A DNA stretch of 64,000 nt, from the NCBI GenBank assembly GCA_965246715.1, contig CBDFFH010000002.1, forward strand, positions 1-64,000, given 5' to 3'. This document shows positions 30,429-40,234 of the stretch, one piece after another; the stretch's first letter is position 1; the number at the start of each line of letters is the position of its first letter. The notes beneath the pieces are model-generated. The model was not told where the DNA came from and did not search any database. It saw nothing but the letters and a program-made list of their open reading frames with translations. A program made the translations under genes and the position numbers. This stretch comes from Chamaesiphon sp. GTDB lineage: Bacteria; Cyanobacteriota; Cyanobacteriia; Cyanobacteriales; Chamaesiphonaceae.

Positions 30429-32777
30429 CTAGTTGTCTGTAACGTTAACGGTTTGAGTGGTGATGCCGCCGCGATTGTCTAGAACTTCGAGTTTGACTGG
30501 ATAGTTGCCGTTATCGAGGAAGGTGTGGTCGATCGATCGTACTTGAATTGGTGTGGTTGCGCCGTTAATATACCAGCGGTAGGTGAGGGGGTCGTTACCG
30601 ATGTCGGTGGCGGTGGCGGTGAGGGTGGTGATGGTTCCTTCGGTGATATTGTTGGGAATGGTAATGGTTTGGATGGTGGGTGGAAGGTTATTAATCGTCA
30701 GGTTTACGGTGGCGAGATTGGAAACTTGTCCGTCGGAGCCGAAGCCGAGGTAGGTGAAGCTATCGATGCCTACATAGGTGGGATCTGGGGTATACGTGTA
30801 GGTAAAGTCCCCTCCTGGGAGGGGTAGGGGTGGGTTCAGGGTGATGGTACCGTGCTGGGGTTGGTTGATGACTTGGATCTGGGTGATGTTGGTGTCGTTG
30901 GTAGTGAGTTGGGTGGTGGTGAAGGTGAGGGGGGTGTTTTGGTTGGTGGCTAGGGTGTCGTTTTTGGTGATGGGGATATTTTGGGTGTCGGTGAAGAGTT
31001 TTACGTCGTCGATGGTGACGGTGCTGGTTTTGGCACCGAATCCTAAGAGGTTGAAGTAGAGGGTGGCTTGGGTGGTTGGGGCGACTTGGGCGAGATCGAT
31101 CGTAACGATGCTACTGTTGTTACCTAGAGCGGTAATGGTGACTTTATCGCTCTTATGAATGGTGCCGTTGGCTTGGATATTTAGGAGAGAGTCGGTATGG
31201 TTTAAGCCGACACTGGTTCCGGCGAGGGGGTTGAAGGTGTTGGTGTCGAGGAGGGCGACTTCAAAAGCATCGTTGGCGGCTTTGGTGGTGTCGCCTGGGA
31301 CGAGATGGTTATCCTTGATGGTAAACTGAAGCGTCTTCGCGCCTGTGGGGATGATGAAGGCTTGGGTGAGTTCGGAGAGCTTTTGGGACTGCTCGGTGAG
31401 GGTGGCGGTGCCGTTGATGATATTGGTGGCACCTAGAGTGTTCCAGGTGGTGGGGGTGGTGAAGTCGCCGTTGGTGATACCGATGAGGGCACCAGCAGTC
31501 AGATGTGCGGTGTTAACATTACCGACACCCGACACCCCACCCCCGACACCCAAATTCAGAGCATTAATAATCGCCCAATCCATAACCGATGGTAGTTTGC
31601 GAACGCCAGGTTTGAGGCTGGTGTTCATCAGGTCGTAGGGGTAGAGGGTGCTGTCGAGGTGGGAGCCGTCGGGGGTGAGTTTGGTGGTGAGGGTGTCGGT
31701 GATGAATTTGTTGCCTTTGACGTATTTGTTGAATTCGCTGTAGCCGTTGATGATGCCGAGGGTGTGTCCCATCTCGTGGAGGATGGTGGTGAGGAGGTCG
31801 TATTTAGCGGAGGCTGGGCTGTTGGGGGTGGCTTGGAAATAGGAGTCTGTTCCGGTGAATTCGCTATTATCCTGTGGGGTGGTGTCGAGGAACCAGCCGA
31901 CTCCGTTGGCATCGTCGTCGATGGTGATGGTGGCGGTTTTGAGGGTGCCGTTGGTGTTGTAGCTGGTGATTGTGCTTTCAGCTAGTTGTCCGGTGGGGAG
32001 ATCTTGGATCTTAAAGGCAAGATCGATTGGGGTGGTTGTATGCCAGAGGGTTTGGGCGGTATTGTAGATGCTAGTAACTAATGGAGCGTTTTCAGAATGA
32101 AGAAGGTCATGACTGTTGATGAGTTGTTGGCTCGCTATGCTGCTGGGGAGAGAGATTTCAGTGAAATTAGATTGGTCGGTATCATTGGCAATCGAACCTT
32201 TAATGGCTTTAGCTTGAAAGATGTTAACTTGAGTGGGGCTAACTTTAGCAAGGGGTACTTTTTGGATGGTCAACTGGAGCGAGTTAACTTGAGTGGGGCT
32301 AATTTGAGTGGAGCTAGAGTGACAGATATCATGATCGAGGATGTCGATCTGAGTGGGGCTAATTTGAGTGAGGCTGTCTTGCAAGGTGCTAGTGCTAGAA
32401 GCACTTCCATGGAAGGAGCTAACTTCGAGAATGCCATCTTGGCTGAGTCGGGAATGGATGATTCCTGTCTCAACAATGCTAATTTCAGCGGTGCCGAACT
32501 CTGTGAAGCATTCTTCACAAGATGTACTTTTACAGGTGCTACTGTCAATATCAACGAACTTCGCGGTTGTTATCTGACTGAAACCCTTTTGCCCGATGGA
32601 GAGATTGTTACCAACGGCATCCAAGATTGAGTTGGCTGCAAAATTTTCATCTGCTAATAGTGATGCGCTACTAGGTAATAGTCCATCACTTCTCGATTCA
32701 ATTGCTTCTTCTATAAAATCTGGCAACTCTGATAAGAAATCATAGTTAGTTAGAGTCTCAAGGTAATTAATACTCAC
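30429..32777 (-). CDS. Large extracellular-type protein: HExxH metallopeptidase-like domain plus cadherin/Ig-like and PKD-like domains; N-terminal part overlaps an antisense gene
   Basis: DDDANGVGWF, YDLLTTILHEMGHTLG, DLMN; PQHGT...YTYTPD..YVGIDSFTY; GNDPLTYRW...DNGNY.V.L.V.D. Confidence 0.75.
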   Translation of the reverse strand: MSINYLETLTNYDFLSELPDFIEEAIESRSDGLLPSSASLLADENFAANSILDAVGNNLSIGQKGFSQITTAKFVDIDSSTCKSTSCEECFTEFGTAEISIVETGIIHSRLSQDGILEVSSFHGSASSTSTLQDSLTQISPTQIDILDHDICHSSSTQISPTQVNSLQLTIQKVPLAKVSPTQVNIFQAKAIKGSIANDTDQSNFTEISLPSSIASQQLINSHDLLHSENAPLVTSIYNTAQTLWHTTTPIDLAFKIQDLPTGQLAESTITSYNTNGTLKTATITIDDDANGVGWFLDTTPQDNSEFTGTDSYFQATPNSPASAKYDLLTTILHEMGHTLGIINGYSEFNKYVKGNKFITDTLTTKLTPDGSHLDSTLYPYDLMNTSLKPGVRKLPSVMDWAIINALNLGVGGGVSGVGNVNTAHLTAGALIGITNGDFTTPTTWNTLGATNIINGTATLTEQSQKLSELTQAFIIPTGAKTLQFTIKDNHLVPGDTTKAANDAFEVALLDTNTFNPLAGTSVGLNHTDSLLNIQANGTIHKSDKVTITALGNNSSIVTIDLAQVAPTTQATLYFNLLGFGAKTSTVTIDDVKLFTDTQNIPITKNDTLATNQNTPLTFTTTQLTTNDTNITQIQVINQPQHGTITLNPPLPLPGGDFTYTYTPDPTYVGIDSFTYLGFGSDGQVSNLATVNLTINNLPPTIQTITIPNNITEGTITTLTATATDIGNDPLTYRWYINGATTPIQVRSIDHTFLDNGNYPVKLEVLDNRGGITTQTVNVTDN
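32097..32630 (+). CDS. Pentapeptide repeat protein nested antisense in the 30429-32777 ORF
   Basis: Typical cyanobacterial N-terminus MTVDELLARYAAGERDFS, A(N/D)LSG repeats, C-terminal LPDG; GGAG 10 nt upstream. Confidence 0.85.
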   Translation: MKKVMTVDELLARYAAGERDFSEIRLVGIIGNRTFNGFSLKDVNLSGANFSKGYFLDGQLERVNLSGANLSGARVTDIMIEDVDLSGANLSEAVLQGASARSTSMEGANFENAILAESGMDDSCLNNANFSGAELCEAFFTRCTFTGATVNINELRGCYLTETLLPDGEIVTNGIQD

Positions 32778-32858
32778 CCGCCAGTCTTGCCATCTATTCC
32801 ACTCAGAAACGTAGGGTGGGCACTGCCCACAGACAATTTAGAGCCGAAGTCATGAGAA

Positions 32859-33039
32859 CTTAAACTGTTTTTATCGATCGAGAAATCACTTCACCAATCG
32901 ATCGAGCTTAATCACCTAAATCCTCGCATTACTAAATCGACAATGGTGCTTAAACTGTTTGCTTCGATCGAGAAATCCCTTCACTAATCGATCGATACTA
33001 ACAGACCCAAATATTTATATTACTAAATCGACAATGTGC
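32859..33039. repeat. Degenerate ~90-bp tandem duplication between two inverted REPs
   Basis: CTTAAACTGTTT...ATTACTAAATCGACAATG units starting at 32859 and 32949. Confidence 0.75.
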
Positions 33040-33276
33040 TGGTGGATATTACCCACCCTAGGGGATATTTGATGTTATTCACCAATTTCTAAATTCATCA
33101 AACTAGCTACATCTTGAGTTAACTGGATAAAATAACCGCAGCATCAATCGTAAATGGTTTCTCTGCCATTGCGATCGCGCAAGCCTGTCTCAACCTGTCG
33201 ATATTGGCGGGGGTGAGCAATGACGATCGATTCGCTAATCCGATCGAGCCATTACTTCCAGATTAGCTAAAATCAA

Positions 33277-36200
33277 TTAGACTACAACCTCCTCGCTAGC
33301 AAGTTGACTGAGGAATTGGAGCGACTTGAAAATATAGTTCGCACAAGTAGCTGGCGAACTTTGATAAAAAGCACGCCACGCAAATGATTTGTAGCGATCG
33401 TAATTAGCTGGCTCGAAGGCGGTACGATCGAGTTGGATATCGACGATCTTTGGTAAGTCTCGATCCAACCAAGCGAGTCGCACGGCATGTCCGATCAGGA
33501 CATCGAGCACGATATATTCTTCGATTTTTAGCTCGGGATTATGTTCTGATAAAGCGGCTAAAGCCATCAGTGCTTCGATGTTTAATTTACGATATTCTGG
33601 TGCAACAATTTTATTGAGAAGATGCTCGATTCGGAGGGCAAATTTCTTCTCGCCTGGGGTCATTTCGGCTAAGATTAACTCGCTATCGAGTCGATTGCGT
33701 TTTTCTAATTTATCGCCAATTGTCAACCCCTTACAATGTTCGAGCAATCGCCAGATACTCGGATAGAAATCTCGATCGACTCGCGCGATCGCGCCTTCTT
33801 TCCGACGTTGGTACAACCAATTTATCGAGGGCAAATCTAGCTCTGTCGTGGCATTGACGATCCATTCGATCCGATCCTGTGACTGGTTCAAATGTAAAGA
33901 TTCTTGCTGGAAGACGGTTTTACCTAAATCTTGATAGTCTGCCAGAACTTTATTGAGTCGCGTTTGGATTTCAAATGGACTCAGTTCCATCAATTTTTCA
34001 TAAGCTTCATCTTGAGTAATTTTTAACTCCATCACTAGTTCGCTAGTCAGTAACACAATCAAATAACCAACTCTTAATGTTAGCAACCCTTTAACCAATT
34101 GTGGCTGAGATTTGATTAATAACCCGAGATAAATAATTACTTCCTGTGTCAAGACGCGATCGCGAATATCTTCCCGACAAAAGAGATCGATTTTTTCGAC
34201 AATTTCAGTATGCGACATCGGTGCGGCGATCGCGGCATCTTCGCTATAAGCCATCCCTACCGTAATTTGTTTACCACTAATCAATATATCTGTCACCGCA
34301 TCTGATAAACTGATATCGACCTTGCCTAATAATCCCGCAGCATAGCGCACGATCGCCCACTGTGGACGATTGCTAAAACTTCCGGCCTTAAAATAAACTT
34401 CATCGAGTAAATTAGCCACAGTTACCTTGACGATCGCACCGCCGAATCCAGTATCGAATTCCAATCCTTTTAAGCGTTGGAGGGTATGTAATAGTTCGAT
34501 TTGCTGATAGAGATTTTCAGATGCGCGCAATTGCTTGAGCAGCAGTGAAGTACTTGTTTCTGCCTCTAATAAAAATTCTTGAGTATTAGTTAATGGCTGA
34601 TTGCGATCGGGATTGTAAGCTAAATAGTATTGTTTGGGTACTTGCGGATCGATTCTTGTTGCCTCAAATTTAAATGAGTTCAAATTATCGATGCGTTCGA
34701 TTCCCGCTGTAAGCTTCAATTGATTGAGCGCTCCCAACCGAATTGGCACGTCATTACATTTACCTTGTTTGAGTTCGGCAATTAGTTCTAATAATGGCGA
34801 AGCATATTGTTGCCCCTGGAATTCATCTTGACCTTCTTGTAATAACAATTTAGTCAATAATAGTGTCAGTGTCGGTCGGCCTAATTGCGTCCAATGTTCG
34901 CTAATATAGGCAATCTCTGTCTTAATTTGTGATACCAGAAAATGGTAATCGAGCGTGAGATAAAATTGTTGGCTATCTAAAAACGCGGGCAGAAATACGA
35001 TCGTTTCGCCCCGAATACTAAAGATCCGCGAAGTTGTCAGACTCCGCAAGCGTCGAAACGGACGACCAGTTAAGCCTAATTTGTCATTGCGGCCAATTTG
35101 GGTATACGCAGCGGCTAGTTCTGTCGATTGACGCACTTGGATCGGCTCTAATTGCGCGGGTATTTGCGCGGCAATGCCATATTCAGCCAGTTGTGCTTGT
35201 AATTCTTCATCTTCAGCAATTAACGCGATTTGCACCGTGCGACGACGTTTGTTTCCAATCCGTAAGTGTCGCCCCAATGGATCTAAATCTCCTGGTGCGA
35301 GAAAGCGATCGAATAATAGTTCGCCCAGGAAATATAAACTTTGCGCCCAAACTAGGGGTAAATTATCATTTGGCAGTCGCGCCTGACTGTGTGGCTGTGC
35401 TTTCTCGGCTTCAATTTTATCTTTAGGAACGTAATATAGTTCTGGCAATAATTGGATCCCATCGCGGTCTACTAATACGCTTGACAGCAATCCCCGATAC
35501 TTAGTGATTTGAGCGGTATCGCCACTAAATAACGCATCGAGATATAAATAAGTGAAAAATAACGGCCATTCACACTCGATCCCTTCAAATTGGAGTAATT
35601 CTGTGGGTTCGTAATGCAGCCGGGTATGATCTTCGATGACTGTTTGATGCCCGTCGCGCAAGAATCGCTTACAGCCATATTTACCTTCCAATTTCTCGAC
35701 GATCTTCGTGCGCGTCCGCTCGACTAATTGCGGATCTGTCACGGCAAATGCTGGAAATCCGATCGCACTCAACAATGCGGCATCGGTTTCTTTGGAACTC
35801 GACTCGCGCGGTAACAGCGATGCCAATGTCAAGCGCGCACGTGCGATTTCATCTGGTAAAACGTGAATCACCGAAGCCTGAGAACCCCGCGCCCCAAATA
35901 AGTCTAAACCATTAATTGCTTCGAGTGCCGCTTTAGCCATCCCGATCGAGCTGGCATTTAATTCGACGCTGCCATGATTGATCTTATCGCCGCGCTCCCA
36001 CAGTCCATAATCGGGCGTACGATAGGTGCGTCCGATATAATAAACCAAATTTTGGACGAAATTTACTTCATCCTGAGTATAGATACATGGCAATCCCGAT
36101 GCGGTCATTTGCGCCAGCACGAGGATAAATAATGAAGTTGCATCCAATTGCAGATGTCCCCACTCATCGTCACCGACAACGATATCCCCCGTTTGCGTAC

Positions 36201-36552
36201 TGTATTTGGCATGAAGTGCATCTAACGGCGATTGCGTCTGCTTGAATTGCTCGACCTTATCTGCTTGCCGCAACATGCAAAATAGCAACCCGCGCATCAA
36301 CTTCACGACGCTCTGCTCTAACTCAAACAATCGCCCTGGCGGGGCATCTACTTTCCGATAAGCCAGTGCCAATCCCCACACGGCCAAGATCGTATATACA
36401 TTGTCCCGAACCCAGGCATCTGTATAGTCTCCATGTGCGGTAATCGCCGTACTCGCCGGAAACAATCCCGTAATCGGATTTTGACGATCGAGGATAATCG
36501 ATTGAATTTGTTGATAGTATCGATCGAGTTGGACAGAGCGGTTCGGATTCAT
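33277..36552 (-). CDS. Glycoside hydrolase family 15 / phosphorylase kinase alpha-beta-like protein
   Basis: DAWVRDNVY, WGHLQLDA, PDYGLWERG, LLPRES.SKE, GCKRFLRDG, ECEWPLF. Confidence 0.9.
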   Translation of the reverse strand: MNPNRSVQLDRYYQQIQSIILDRQNPITGLFPASTAITAHGDYTDAWVRDNVYTILAVWGLALAYRKVDAPPGRLFELEQSVVKLMRGLLFCMLRQADKVEQFKQTQSPLDALHAKYSTQTGDIVVGDDEWGHLQLDATSLFILVLAQMTASGLPCIYTQDEVNFVQNLVYYIGRTYRTPDYGLWERGDKINHGSVELNASSIGMAKAALEAINGLDLFGARGSQASVIHVLPDEIARARLTLASLLPRESSSKETDAALLSAIGFPAFAVTDPQLVERTRTKIVEKLEGKYGCKRFLRDGHQTVIEDHTRLHYEPTELLQFEGIECEWPLFFTYLYLDALFSGDTAQITKYRGLLSSVLVDRDGIQLLPELYYVPKDKIEAEKAQPHSQARLPNDNLPLVWAQSLYFLGELLFDRFLAPGDLDPLGRHLRIGNKRRRTVQIALIAEDEELQAQLAEYGIAAQIPAQLEPIQVRQSTELAAAYTQIGRNDKLGLTGRPFRRLRSLTTSRIFSIRGETIVFLPAFLDSQQFYLTLDYHFLVSQIKTEIAYISEHWTQLGRPTLTLLLTKLLLQEGQDEFQGQQYASPLLELIAELKQGKCNDVPIRLGALNQLKLTAGIERIDNLNSFKFEATRIDPQVPKQYYLAYNPDRNQPLTNTQEFLLEAETSTSLLLKQLRASENLYQQIELLHTLQRLKGLEFDTGFGGAIVKVTVANLLDEVYFKAGSFSNRPQWAIVRYAAGLLGKVDISLSDAVTDILISGKQITVGMAYSEDAAIAAPMSHTEIVEKIDLFCREDIRDRVLTQEVIIYLGLLIKSQPQLVKGLLTLRVGYLIVLLTSELVMELKITQDEAYEKLMELSPFEIQTRLNKVLADYQDLGKTVFQQESLHLNQSQDRIEWIVNATTELDLPSINWLYQRRKEGAIARVDRDFYPSIWRLLEHCKGLTIGDKLEKRNRLDSELILAEMTPGEKKFALRIEHLLNKIVAPEYRKLNIEALMALAALSEHNPELKIEEYIVLDVLIGHAVRLAWLDRDLPKIVDIQLDRTAFEPANYDRYKSFAWRAFYQSSPATCANYIFKSLQFLSQLASEEVVV

Positions 36553-36709
36553 GTCGGAAATACTGGAGAGGGACTGGTCTCTAGTCGATTTTACTTAGTA
36601 TAAGCCGCGCGCAGCTCCAATACCAACTAATCAGTGCCTACCCGATCGGGAAAAATTATACTAAAGATCTGCTGTTTTTTGGGAATGATTGCGGTTTTTC
36701 AATTTATCT

Positions 36710-36727
36710 GTTACATTATTTAACAGG
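36710..36727 (+). promoter_or_regulatory. HLR1-like (RpaB) motif upstream of hli
   Basis: GTTACATT-at-TTAACAGG; second half imperfect. Confidence 0.4.
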
Positions 36728-36762
36728 TGATGATAAATCTTAATATATCTGGAGTCAAAGAC

Positions 36763-36915
36763 ATGCAAGCTAAAAATCAAGACGACGCAAAATTTGGTTT
36801 CACTCCTTCTGCCGAAAATCTGAACGGACGCATGGCTATGATTGGCTTCATCGCTGCTATCGTTACTGAATTAGTTACCGGACAAGGCACACTTCACTTC
36901 CTCGGCCTTATGTAA
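36763..36915 (+). CDS. High light inducible protein (CAB/ELIP/HLIP)
   Basis: [13 protein letters not shown]...ELVTGQG; RBS GGAG; hairpin plus T run at 36950-36973. Confidence 0.92.
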   Translation: MQAKNQDDAKFGFTPSAENLNGRMAMIGFIAAIVTELVTGQGTLHFLGLM

Positions 36916-37021
36916 TTCTCGCTACAACATTATTAATTAGACAAACTTTGGCTGGGTATCCCCCGGCTTTTTTCATGCCGATCGAGCCAATCGGGAATTC
37001 GCAGCTACACAAAAAATATGG

Positions 37022-37154
37022 GGCGTTGCTGAATATGGGTATGATTTTTTGTAGGGGTGCCCCTTGTGAGTACCCTGAATCGATGCGGGGTAAGCACGAG
37101 GCATTACCCCTACAAAAATTGTTTGTGCGTTTCATATATTAATTCAGCAACGCC
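37022..37154. mobile_element. 133-bp MITE, copy 2
   Basis: Same TIRs; TSD AAATATGG/AAATATGA (7 of 8 match). Confidence 0.9.
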
Positions 37155-37192
37155 AAATATGATTAACTAGCGGCGAATTCATTCGCTCGGCA

Positions 37193-37579
37193 TTATGCTG
37201 CGCCTATCAGTGTTAACTCGATCGTATTACCGTCAGGATCTTGAGTAAATAAAGCCGCTCTACCAGAATTACTCATTTTAACTACCAGATTTGCTGCGAG
37301 TAGCCGTTGTTGAGCTGCAGCCAAATCTCTAACTCCCATAGCGATATGTGGATTGCGAGTAGATATACTCAGATCGATGGGAGCGGATCGATAATCCGGA
37401 TCTGCAATCAAATGCAGTTGAAAATCGCCAATTTGATACCAAGCACCAGGATAATTGAGCGATCGATCGATCCGCTGCAAGCCTAAAATATCCGTATAAA
37501 ATTCGATAGCTTTGTCTAGATCGGCTACTAATACCGCTGCATGTAGACAATTAATAATTTCGATCGCGGGAGGAAGCAT
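37193..37579 (-). CDS. VOC/glyoxalase family protein
   Basis: LHAAVLV.DL..A.EFY..ILGL, QDPDGN.IEL. Confidence 0.88.
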   Translation of the reverse strand: MLPPAIEIINCLHAAVLVADLDKAIEFYTDILGLQRIDRSLNYPGAWYQIGDFQLHLIADPDYRSAPIDLSISTRNPHIAMGVRDLAAAQQRLLAANLVVKMSNSGRAALFTQDPDGNTIELTLIGAA

Positions 37580-37756
37580 AAGCTGAGGGTAATTAAATTA
37601 AAATGTATTCCAAGTAAAGCCTACAACTATCTGGAAAAATCCGATCGTGAAGTTTATCGATCGAGGATATATTATTTCGGTAAACGATCCCAATAATTGT
37701 GTATATATCGATCGAGCTTCAATTATTTACATCAAGCAATTTACGGCTAGAAAATT

Positions 37757-38239
37757 ATGCAGAAAATTTGGCAGAGCGTTGTAGTAGCCGCAATTGTGAC
37801 TATCGGCTGGCAACATCACGATCGAGCGGTTGCTGTCACCGCAGTCGATCGGATCCAACCATCCGTGGCGACCACTGGAAAATTAGCCCAAAGCCGAAAA
37901 TCGATCTGTGCGAACATGGCATTTAGAAATAATGCGGGCATTCTGCATCAGGGTAAGTTAATGCTCAACAAGAGTGGCAATGGTTCGATGCAAGTCGAAT
38001 ATTTCAGTGCGAGCAAAAATAGGACTGAGGTGATTATCCAATCGATGACGATTCAGGACTCGCCTTATGGCATCCTTATCGTCGGCAGCAATCCAGTCTA
38101 CGCAGGAACTAGAATCAGAAACACTACCTACCATCCCGACAATTTTCTGATAAAGGTTCAAGAAAATGGTGACTATCTCTTCTTTGCATTCGACGGTCAA
38201 GGCACTAGATCGCCAGTAGATGTTACCGACTGTCGCTAG
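37757..38239 (+). CDS. Hypothetical secreted protein
   Basis: 160-aa ORF with a signal-like N-terminus. Confidence 0.6.
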   Translation: MQKIWQSVVVAAIVTIGWQHHDRAVAVTAVDRIQPSVATTGKLAQSRKSICANMAFRNNAGILHQGKLMLNKSGNGSMQVEYFSASKNRTEVIIQSMTIQDSPYGILIVGSNPVYAGTRIRNTTYHPDNFLIKVQENGDYLFFAFDGQGTRSPVDVTDCR

Positions 38240-38351
38240 CAATCGCTGCTCGTCCCCGATTGCTATCAGCAAGGCTCGGACAACGGCTTAATTACGCTCA
38301 TCTCGATTTTTGCGGATTAATACGCCCCAAATTACGAACAGAAGTAATAAT

Positions 38352-38430
38352 GCAAAGTCCGCCTTCGCGGACTAATAAACTAGTCCGCGAAGGCGGGCTT
38401 TTGCCGCTCGCGGCAACAACCGGACTTTGC
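38352..38430. repeat. Palindromic dispersed repeat AAAGTCCGCCTTCGCGGACT..AGTCCGCGAAGGC with a nested GCTTTTGCCGCTCGCGGCAACAACCGG module; also at 43334-43412 and 57547-57625
   Basis: Three near-identical copies, each between convergent genes. Confidence 0.85.
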
Positions 38431-38514
38431 ACTCTGAGGAGCGGTTTCTAACCGCTTTGCTGATAGGTAGCAACTTGAGTTAAGTAATTTTGTCAGCTGC
38501 CCCTGGGCAAATTA

Positions 38515-39930
38515 CTAAGAAGCTCTGACAATCCGCTGGGGCAAGAGTGGCGCAGTAGCACTCGATCCTCGCGCAGTAGGTGCGAGTAATGATTGAGCGA
38601 GGAGGTGACGATAAAGGTCGCTGAGTTGAACGGCGACACCAGCCCAACTGAAGTTTTGTTGAACCCTGGCTGAAGCCTGTTTGCGAATTTTGCGCGTCCA
38701 GATATCGTCAGTTAAAATTCGTTCGATCGCGTTAGCAAAGCCATCGACATCCTGCGCTGGTACTAGCAATCCAGTCTCTTCAGAAATCACTGTAAACTTC
38801 AGACCCCCAACATCCGAAGCCACTACAGGAGTGCCACAAGCCATCGCTTCGATCGCGACTAACCCAAAGGGTTCGTAGTGACTGGGAATCACGCAGACAT
38901 CGGCAGCTGTATAGTATAGCGGCAAGCGATCGTGTCCGACCATCCCGACGAATTCAGTATTAGCGATTAAGTCCAATTCCGTGACGATCTCTTCGATCCG
39001 ACGACGCTCGGCACCATCAGCTTCGAGCGGATCGCTCCCACCGACGACTAATAATTTTAAGTGTTGCGGATCGATTTCTTCACCTCGATCCAATTTGCTG
39101 CGCAATTCGCCCATTGCCCGCACGAGCGTTTCGATGCCCTTGCGTTTGTCAAATCGACCGACATACAACACGACTTTTTCCTTGGCGGGGATGCCAAGTT
39201 GTTTGCGGGCTTCCGCTTTAGAAATCGGACGGAAGTTGCCAATATCCGTCCCACAGGGCACGATATCGATCTGACCGAGGTCGGAAACCAATTTGCGTAA
39301 ATCGTTACGCTCTTGAGGGCTAGTCGCTACTACCCGCTGCGACTGTTCGAGAATTTGTTTTTCTACCTCCAATCGCGTTTTGGCAATTTCCGGAATCTCA
39401 TCGACCGCGAGGTACTTCACCGCACCGAGCGAATGATAAGTATGTAATAGTTGGATATTTTGGCTGCGTTGGAGTTGCAATCCTACCCACCCAGACATCC
39501 AGTAATTGGTGTGCGCTAGCGGATAGTTAGTGCCTTCTTTTTGCTGGAACTTCTGAAATGCCTTGACGAATTCCGGCATGTATTGAAATAACTCGTCACG
39601 CGGAATATAGGTCTCGGGGCCAGCCGTCAACCGAATCGTGCGACAGTGTGCGGAATGCTGGACGATCGTGGGGTCGTAGGGGCTACTCTTGCGAGTGAAC
39701 ATATCTACTTGCCAACCCAACTTCGCTAGTGCTTCACCGACTTGTCTAACGTAGACATTTTGACCACCAGCGGCATCTTTGCCAATTTCAGCAGCCGGAT
39801 CGCCATGTTCGGAGATCAGCGCGATCGCTTGACGGGTGGGAATTTTGGCTGGGGAGATCGGGAATGGATGATGGGATTGTGTTGTAGGAACGTTCTTAAC
39901 GATCGTTGTGGGAAATTTTCCGGTTGACAT
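38515..39930 (-). CDS. GT4 glycosyltransferase, sucrose-phosphate synthase-like
   Basis: ALISEHGDP...GGQNVYV, VDMFTR, HTYHSLG, PSHYEPFGLVAIEAMACG. Confidence 0.8.
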   Translation of the reverse strand: MSTGKFPTTIVKNVPTTQSHHPFPISPAKIPTRQAIALISEHGDPAAEIGKDAAGGQNVYVRQVGEALAKLGWQVDMFTRKSSPYDPTIVQHSAHCRTIRLTAGPETYIPRDELFQYMPEFVKAFQKFQQKEGTNYPLAHTNYWMSGWVGLQLQRSQNIQLLHTYHSLGAVKYLAVDEIPEIAKTRLEVEKQILEQSQRVVATSPQERNDLRKLVSDLGQIDIVPCGTDIGNFRPISKAEARKQLGIPAKEKVVLYVGRFDKRKGIETLVRAMGELRSKLDRGEEIDPQHLKLLVVGGSDPLEADGAERRRIEEIVTELDLIANTEFVGMVGHDRLPLYYTAADVCVIPSHYEPFGLVAIEAMACGTPVVASDVGGLKFTVISEETGLLVPAQDVDGFANAIERILTDDIWTRKIRKQASARVQQNFSWAGVAVQLSDLYRHLLAQSLLAPTARGSSATAPLLPQRIVRAS

Positions 39931-40234
39931 ATCTGCACCTCAATAAAAAATCAATCTCGATCGGTAAATTTAAGTTCAGCACCCGAGCGCTCGATCGCAT
40001 CGTGGATAATGAGCCAAGATGTAGAATCCGAAGTAATTACTCCAAAGGGCTACAACCTGTTTAACGCCCAATTTTTGCCTTGTTGCGCGGCGTTATCGAT
40101 CTGCTGAAACATTGACTCGATCGGTGGGAGATTGTCACTCTTGCCGAACGACGCGCAAGCGCGACAAATCTAGTTAGTCTGTAAAAGTGGATGTTGCTGT
40201 CAAATTCTCCTCGGCGGAGTCCTGGCAACCAAAG

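Noticed and set aside
30525..31985. Other plus-strand ORFs opposite the large minus gene
   Set aside because: Low-complexity G/V-rich shadow ORFs caused by NNC codon bias; no family signature, unlike the pentapeptide ORF
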